A DNA stretch of 64,000 nt from Nitrospirota bacterium (GTDB taxonomy: Bacteria > Nitrospirota > JACRHJ01): positions 1-64,000 of the forward strand of contig CAWJRJ010000022.1 of NCBI GenBank assembly GCA_963845245.1, in the 5' to 3' direction. Made by a program: the position numbers and the translations under genes. Shown piece after piece: positions 58,813-64,000 of this stretch. Every line of letters begins with the position of its first letter. The first letter of the stretch is position 1. The notes beneath the pieces were generated by a model. It was given only the letters and a program-made list of their open reading frames with translations, was not told where the DNA came from and did no database searches.

Positions 58813-59514
58813 TTATGTCTCCACCCGGCGCAGGCCGGCGCTCTTCTCGTCGCTTATTATCAGGCCGTCCTTGAAATGCACATGCCTCCCCGCGTATTCC
58901 GCGATATCGGGCTCGTGCGTTACAAGCACTATGGTTATGCCTTTGTCCTCGTTCAGCCGGGTGAAGATGTTCATGATCTCCTCGCTCGTCCGGCTGTCGA
59001 GGTTTCCGGTAGGTTCGTCGGCCAGGAGCACCTTGGGCTCGTTCACGAGCGAGCGCGCTATCGCCACCCTCTGCTGCTGGCCGCCCGAGAGCTGGTTGGA
59101 AAAATTATTCTCCCGCCCCTCGAGGCCTACGCTCTTGAGCGCGCTACGCGCCCTGTCATGGCGCTCGGCGGCGGACAGCCCGTTATAGAGCATCGGCAGC
59201 TCCACGTTTTCCATGGCGGAGGTCCTGGGCAGGAGGTTGAACCCCTGGAAGACAAACCCGAGCAGCTTGTTCCGTATCTCGGCCAGGCGTTCGTTGGGAA
59301 GCCCGCCGACCTCTATGCCGTTCAGGCGGTATATCCCCGAAGTCGGGCGGTCGAGGCAGCCGAGCATGTTCATGAATGTGGACTTGCCCGAGCCTGACGC
59401 CCCCATGATGGCAACGAACTCGCCGCTTTTAATGGATAGCGAAACCCCGTTCAAGGCCATGAACTCGACATCACCCAGCTTGTATATCTTAACGAGGTCG
59501 ACAACCTCAATCAT
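58813..59514 (-). CDS. MacB/LolD-type ABC transporter ATP-binding protein
   Basis: GASGSGKST, LSGGQQQRVAIAR, LADEPTGNLD, VTHE. Confidence 0.95.
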   Translation of the reverse strand: MIEVVDLVKIYKLGDVEFMALNGVSLSIKSGEFVAIMGASGSGKSTFMNMLGCLDRPTSGIYRLNGIEVGGLPNERLAEIRNKLLGFVFQGFNLLPRTSAMENVELPMLYNGLSAAERHDRARSALKSVGLEGRENNFSNQLSGGQQQRVAIARSLVNEPKVLLADEPTGNLDSRTSEEIMNIFTRLNEDKGITIVLVTHEPDIAEYAGRHVHFKDGLIISDEKSAGLRRVET

Positions 59515-60804
59515 GCTACATCCTCATCATTCCGTGGCCGCCACCGCCGCGTGTGCCAGATGCCGCCGCCAGGTTTTCCGACGGTATCCACAATCACGTC
59601 GTCGCCTTCGGAAAGGCCGGAGATCACCTCGGTATTATTGAAGTCAGTCACTCCGAGCTTCACCTTGACTTCCTGCGGCTTCTTGTCTTTCAGCACCCAT
59701 ACTTTTTTCATGCCGGGTGTGCCCTTGGATTTCTTCTCCTTGGCAGCCTGGTCGATCTTGACCCTGAGCGCTGAGTTGGGCACCAGCAACACGTCCTTCT
59801 TCTCGCTCGTTATTATCTTAACGTTGGCGGTCATGCCGGGACGAAGCAGAGCCGTCCTTGTTGGCCACCTCTACTATGCCCGTATACGTGACGACGTTCT
59901 GCACCGTGACCGGCGCATAGTATACCTGCGCGAGCGTGCCTTCGAAGACCCGGTCGGGGAATGCGTCAACGGTGAAATGCGCCTTCTGGCCGACCTTGGC
60001 CTGGCCGACGTCCGCCTCGTCGATCGAGACCTCCACCTGCATGACGGACAGGTCGCCGATTGTGAGAAGGTTAGGCGTGTTGAAGCTCGCCGCCACCGTC
60101 TGGCCGACCTCGACCGTCCTGTCGATAACGACGCCGTCCATCGGGGAGCGTATTACGGTCTTGGAGAGGTTTGTCTCCGCAGTCCGCAGGCTCGCCTGGG
60201 ACTGTTTTACAGCCGCCCGCGCCTCGGCAATCTGGGCGTCGGTCACATCGTTCTTTGCGACTTCTACTACGACCTGTTCATGCTGGGCCTTGGCAACCAG
60301 GTAGGCCTGCCGGGACGTATCGAGGTCGGAACGCGAGATCATGCCCTTGTCGAAGAGCATCTGGTTTCTCTTGAAGTCCGCCTCGGTCTTGTCCATGTTG
60401 GCCTTTTTCTCGTCTATCGCGGTCTTGACCGAACTTGACTGGATCCCGCGGCCGGACTCCATCTCACGGAGCCTGGCTTGAGCGTTCATAAGGTTTGCCC
60501 GCGCCTGGTCCACCTGCGCCTGGAAGAGCTCCTGGTCGAGCTTTACAAGCACCTGCCCCTTTTTAACAGGGCAGTTGTAGTCGGTCAGTATCTGCCTGAT
60601 GGTGCCGGAGACCTCCGTTCCCACAAGCACGCTTACCTTTGCCTGAAGCTTCCCGGTGGCCGAGACCGAAGACACTATATCGCCTTTTTTTACCGGCTGG
60701 GTTATGTATTTCCCATCCTCGGAAGAAGCCTTTGTCTTGTAGACATAAAAACCGCCGCCTGCAATGACCAGCAGTGAAACGACTAGAATTAACGCCTTTT
60801 TCAT
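59511..60804 (-). CDS. MacA-like periplasmic adaptor (membrane fusion protein); apparent indels near the 3' end
   Basis: N-terminal anchor, VGTEVSG, VKKGQ, IRSPMDGVV, VGQTVAAS, DEADVG. Confidence 0.92.
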
Positions 60805-62240
60805 TTCTGAATCCTCGGTGGTGTACCAGTGGTCCTGAGCAGCTTTGAGAACGCCAGGTGGTAGTTGTAGAACGCCTGGGCCAGGTTGGACTCCGCGGTC
60901 GTTAGCGATACCTGTGCGTCCGTCACGTCCAGTATTGCGCCGACACCCGCTTCGTAACGCCCGTTGGCAATGTCCAGGTTTTCCCTTGCCGACCTTACTG
61001 TGACCTTGAACCCTTCGTAGCTCGCCTTCGCGTCTTGGATAGCAATGTATGATATACCGACCTGGTTCAATATATCGTTTTTAGTGTCCTCTATATTGTA
61101 TTTGCTGGAGAGCATCACCGCGCGCGCCTGGCCAACCCTGGCAACGGTATTGAAGCCCGAAAAGATCGGGATATCGGCGGCGATTGTAACGCTGTTGTCA
61201 TTAAAGGTGTCGAAGCTGTCCTGCTTACGCCAGCCGTACGAAGCACTCGTAGATATGGTAGGCAGGAAACCGGCCATCTGGCTCTTTACTATCATCTCGT
61301 TAGAGTGATACTGCTCTTCGAGGCTCTTAAGGTCCGGCCGGTCCTCGATTGCCTGTTTAAGGTAGAACTCCATGGGGTTTTCAAGCGGCTCAAGCACCGG
61401 CCTGTCCTCCACTTCCGTGGGGGCGAGCGGGTCGATGCCTATCCTCGTGTTCAGGTTCACCCTCGCCACCTTTACCGCATCCTCGGACTGGATTACCAGC
61501 ACCTTGGCGTTGTAGACCTGCACTTCCGCCTGCGTGACGTCGAACTTCGGCTTTGTCCCGACTTCATAAAAGGCCTGCGCCTGCTTGAGGTGCGCGTTAG
61601 CGTCATCGAGCGTCTCATGGGCGACCTCTACAAGCGACTGGGTCTTGAGGAGGTTATAGAACGCGTCCATTATATCGTATGCGACTGTCTGCTCGGCGCT
61701 GTCGAGGTTGTCCATCAGGGCTTTCTCAAGCGACTTTGAACTCTTGACGTTGAAGTATGTCCTGCCGAAGTCGAACAGTATCCAGTTGGCGTTGAAGCCA
61801 TAATTGTCGGTCATAGTCTGGGTGGTGAACTCACTCAACCTCGTCCTCGGGGGGAGCGAAGCAGGTATAAGACGTCTAACCTCGTTCCCGAGCCATAAAT
61901 AGTTGCGGCTCGCATCGAAAGTGAGTTGGGGCCAGAAGGCCGACTGGACCGCGAGCGTGTTGAACTTTCCGGCCCTGAGGTTCTGGGTCGCGGCCTGTAT
62001 CTTCGGGTGGCCGGGGATGGCCATGTTTATAGCCTCTTCAAGGGTAAGTTTTTTGCCGGGCTTCTGAGCGGTCAAGTCCGGCGTTGGCTGTGCTGGAGCA
62101 GCAGGTGGGGCAACCGACGGCTGCGCAGGTGCGGCCTGCGGGGCAGGCTTGGCCTCGTCCGCATACACCATGCCAGCCAGGGAAACAGCAAGCACTGGCG
62201 CCAGTATCAAGGCTATACGAAAATGTGATAATTTTGACAC
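60801..62240 (-). CDS. TolC-family outer-membrane efflux protein
   Basis: Signal peptide, LFDFGR, YEVG, RYEAG..LDV repeats; probable GTG start at 62240 with GGAGG SD. Confidence 0.92.
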   Translation of the reverse strand: MSKLSHFRIALILAPVLAVSLAGMVYADEAKPAPQAAPAQPSVAPPAAPAQPTPDLTAQKPGKKLTLEEAINMAIPGHPKIQAATQNLRAGKFNTLAVQSAFWPQLTFDASRNYLWLGNEVRRLIPASLPPRTRLSEFTTQTMTDNYGFNANWILFDFGRTYFNVKSSKSLEKALMDNLDSAEQTVAYDIMDAFYNLLKTQSLVEVAHETLDDANAHLKQAQAFYEVGTKPKFDVTQAEVQVYNAKVLVIQSEDAVKVARVNLNTRIGIDPLAPTEVEDRPVLEPLENPMEFYLKQAIEDRPDLKSLEEQYHSNEMIVKSQMAGFLPTISTSASYGWRKQDSFDTFNDNSVTIAADIPIFSGFNTVARVGQARAVMLSSKYNIEDTKNDILNQVGISYIAIQDAKASYEGFKVTVRSARENLDIANGRYEAGVGAILDVTDAQVSLTTAESNLAQAFYNYHLAFSKLLRTTGTPPRIQK

Positions 62241-62271
62241 ACCAACCTCCCTTGAATTAGAAGACCATGAG

Positions 62272-62919
62272 TTAATTAAGCTCATGCGGCTTGACCCGGA
62301 CTTCTGAGCTCAGGCCGTTGAAAAAAACATCGAGTATAAGCCCGGCCTCGGAAGCCAGAGAGCCCTGTCTTTTCTGCACAAAATGAAACATCGCCATCCC
62401 ACGGACCATCGAAAACAACATCGAAAATGCCTTCCCTGGATCTATTTCCCTCAGGGCCCCGCTTTCCATGCTCTCAAGAAGCGCGCCGACAAACAAGGTC
62501 TCGTATTTTACGCGCCGCTCGAAAAAACCCTTCCCGTATTCGGTGGACCTGTCAAGGAACGGGCCCATCCTCTCGGTATAGAATACGCTGAAGAAGTCTT
62601 TTTCAACCTCCATCGCATTGATTTGGGTGTTCACAAGGACTTTCAGCTTCTCAATCGGGTCGTCCATACCCTCGACCGCCTGGCTCATCGACTCTAATAT
62701 TTTATCAAAACGGGTCACTACGCAGTGGAAATAAAGGTCTTCCTTGTTTTTGAAATAAAGATAGATGGTTGCCTTCGAGATGCCAGCCTCTTCCGCAACC
62801 TGCTCCATCGTGGCCTTATCGAGGCCATTCTTTGCAATCACCTTTATTGCGGCGTCGAGTATGCCCTCGGTCCGGAACTTTTGTAACAGTTCTTTTTTGC
62901 CTGTACTCTTCTCTGTCAT
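62272..62919 (-). CDS. TetR/AcrR-family transcriptional regulator
   Basis: ILDAA..ATMEQVAEEAGISKATIYLYFKNKEDL; heads the efflux operon. Confidence 0.95.
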   Translation of the reverse strand: MTEKSTGKKELLQKFRTEGILDAAIKVIAKNGLDKATMEQVAEEAGISKATIYLYFKNKEDLYFHCVVTRFDKILESMSQAVEGMDDPIEKLKVLVNTQINAMEVEKDFFSVFYTERMGPFLDRSTEYGKGFFERRVKYETLFVGALLESMESGALREIDPGKAFSMLFSMVRGMAMFHFVQKRQGSLASEAGLILDVFFNGLSSEVRVKPHELN

Positions 62920-62939
62920 TATACACCATGTCAATCACA

Positions 62940-62975
62940 ATGAACGCGCGGTCATAAATATGACCACACAGTCAG
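62940..62975. promoter_or_regulatory. Tandem TGAC-N6-GTCA-like inverted repeats (probable TetR operators)
   Basis: ATGAACGCGCGGTCAT (62940-62955) and ATGACCACACAGTCAG (62960-62975) just upstream of tetR. Confidence 0.55.
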
Positions 62976-63171
62976 AGTTTAGAGACAAATGCGTTGACAG
63001 TCAAGTACAAATTTAGCTATCTGCTGAAAAAAGTACATAAATCATATTATTGAACGTCAAGCCATTAGGGTAAATTACGACCGTGACCTTCCTATATTTA
63101 GGAAGACGCTTTACGGAGAGATTTAGTTACAGTACGGTATAAAGATTTTGTTACAGAGATTGAACGGACGG

Positions 63172-63528
63172 TCAAATCATCTTCAGCCTTAGCCTGTTGA
63201 TTGTCCTGTACCCTAAAGAATCTATATTGTCCAACTGCGCCGAGGCTGCGGGAAATTTTACTTTCAGTTTAAAACCATATTTTTGTCCGCATACAAGACA
63301 ACGGGCCCTCAACTCGATGCCGTCATTGTCCAGGCCGATGAAATCAACAGGAGAAACGGGTTCGCCACAATCGCATAAAAAGTCAAGGTAGCCCTTCGGT
63401 ACGTCATCGCCGGCACAGTCAGCCGCAGCTTGCCGCCCCTGGGATTCCTTTTTTGTATGCCCCCTCTTCAAGCTTGCGGTTTTTTCCGGATGGCCTTCCT
63501 TGTGCAAAGGAGATATTTTCTTGTTCAT
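63172..63528 (-). CDS. Small hypothetical protein with putative zinc ribbon (CDC...CLVC)
   Basis: 118-aa ORF with AAGGA SD; divergent from luxR. Confidence 0.55.
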   Translation of the reverse strand: MNKKISPLHKEGHPEKTASLKRGHTKKESQGRQAAADCAGDDVPKGYLDFLCDCGEPVSPVDFIGLDNDGIELRARCLVCGQKYGFKLKVKFPAASAQLDNIDSLGYRTINRLRLKMI

Positions 63529-63579
63529 TTAAATGAAATTCCTTGTTATAATAAAATGGTTTAAAACCTCGGAGATGCC

Positions 63580-64000
63580 ATGACAGATTCTTGCAGGCAC
63601 CTTTCCAAGACGGATTTATCCGCCATTCTGGATTTCATATACAAACTGACCCAATGCAACGGCGAGGAAGACTATAAAACCCTTATATCCGGGCTAAAGG
63701 ACATTCTGCCATTTGACTACGCAACAAGCGGCCTGGCAAAAATTGACGGGAACGGGATCAAGGAATCCTTTATAATCGTCAACATCAGCTACCCCGACGA
63801 GTGGCTCGACCTGTACGTTAAAAGTAAATTCAACCTTGTCGACCCCATCGTCAAGGAAAACTTCACCAGGTTCACGATACAATACTGGCCCGATACCTAC
63901 AAAAGGCACCTCCCGCCCAAAGAATTCGTATACGGCTCCAGTGATTTCGGGCTCCTTACCGGATATACAAACGGCTTGAGGAACCTAAGGGGTACGGAAG
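63580..64000 (+). CDS. LuxR-family regulator with autoinducer-binding domain (truncated by the window end; absent from the ORF track)
   Basis: Manual translation MTDSCRH...NISYPDEWLDLYVKSKFNLVDPIVKENF...QYWPDTY...DFGLLTG; GGAG SD. Confidence 0.88.
   Translation, partial: MTDSCRHLSKTDLSAILDFIYKLTQCNGEEDYKTLISGLKDILPFDYATSGLAKIDGNGIKESFIIVNISYPDEWLDLYVKSKFNLVDPIVKENFTRFTIQYWPDTYKRHLPPKEFVYGSSDFGLLTGYTNGLRNLRGTE

Noticed and set aside
62917..62934. TTGACA...TATAAT as the tetR promoter
   Set aside because: The boxes are only 5 nt apart and TATAAT overlaps the probable start codon.
63694..63909. 71-aa minus-strand ORF at the window end
   Set aside because: Antisense to the much better supported LuxR-type gene.

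Overview
Core chromosomal segment of a moderately GC-rich, Gram-negative bacterium. Gene content (futalosine-pathway mqnA, K+-independent H+-PPase, a TIGR04442-like protein, DUF2232 after rpsR, a yacL-ispD-ispF-cysE-cysS-rlmB block) suggests a Nitrospirota/Desulfobacterota-like lineage; this is inference only. Many essential genes (rpoB, rpoC, rplK, cysS, ychF) carry single-base indels, so this is most likely an unpolished long-read/MAG consensus and the broken ORFs are not real pseudogenes. Layout: 1-12.8 kb, rpoC-rpoB-rplL/J/A/K-nusG-secE-tRNA-Trp-rpmG-tuf plus the Thr/Tyr/Gly/Thr tRNA cluster, which is interrupted by a TPR-gluzincin gene; 12.8-23.6 kb, rlmB, cysS, cysE, ispF, ispD, yacL, degP, hpt, an MFS transporter and a PHP hydrolase; 23.7-25 kb, hicBA plus an AT-rich islet; 25-28.3 kb, bioA, an O-methyltransferase and an MBL hydrolase; 28.4-33.4 kb, a four-gene operon (ALDH, class-III aminotransferase, COG2403/ArcE-like 'GTPase', carbamate kinase); then a GAF kinase, ald, the TIGR04442-like gene, a CCA/HD nucleotidyltransferase, a porin-like OMP, rpsF-ssb-rpsR, ychF, hppA, pth-rplY-prs-tRNA-Gln-ispE, a PAS kinase, a B12 radical SAM enzyme, a TPR lipoprotein, tatA, mobA, mqnA, a TetR-TolC-MacAB-type efflux operon and a truncated AHL-type LuxR. 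The best candidate for a new system is the 28.4-33.4 kb operon: it looks like an ATP-yielding arginine (or other guanidino compound) catabolic pathway built on an arginine synthetase homolog, coupled to downstream omega-amine oxidation but lacking the transcarbamylase. Four different REP-like repeat types, several apparently leaderless genes and a candidate structured RNA are also visible.
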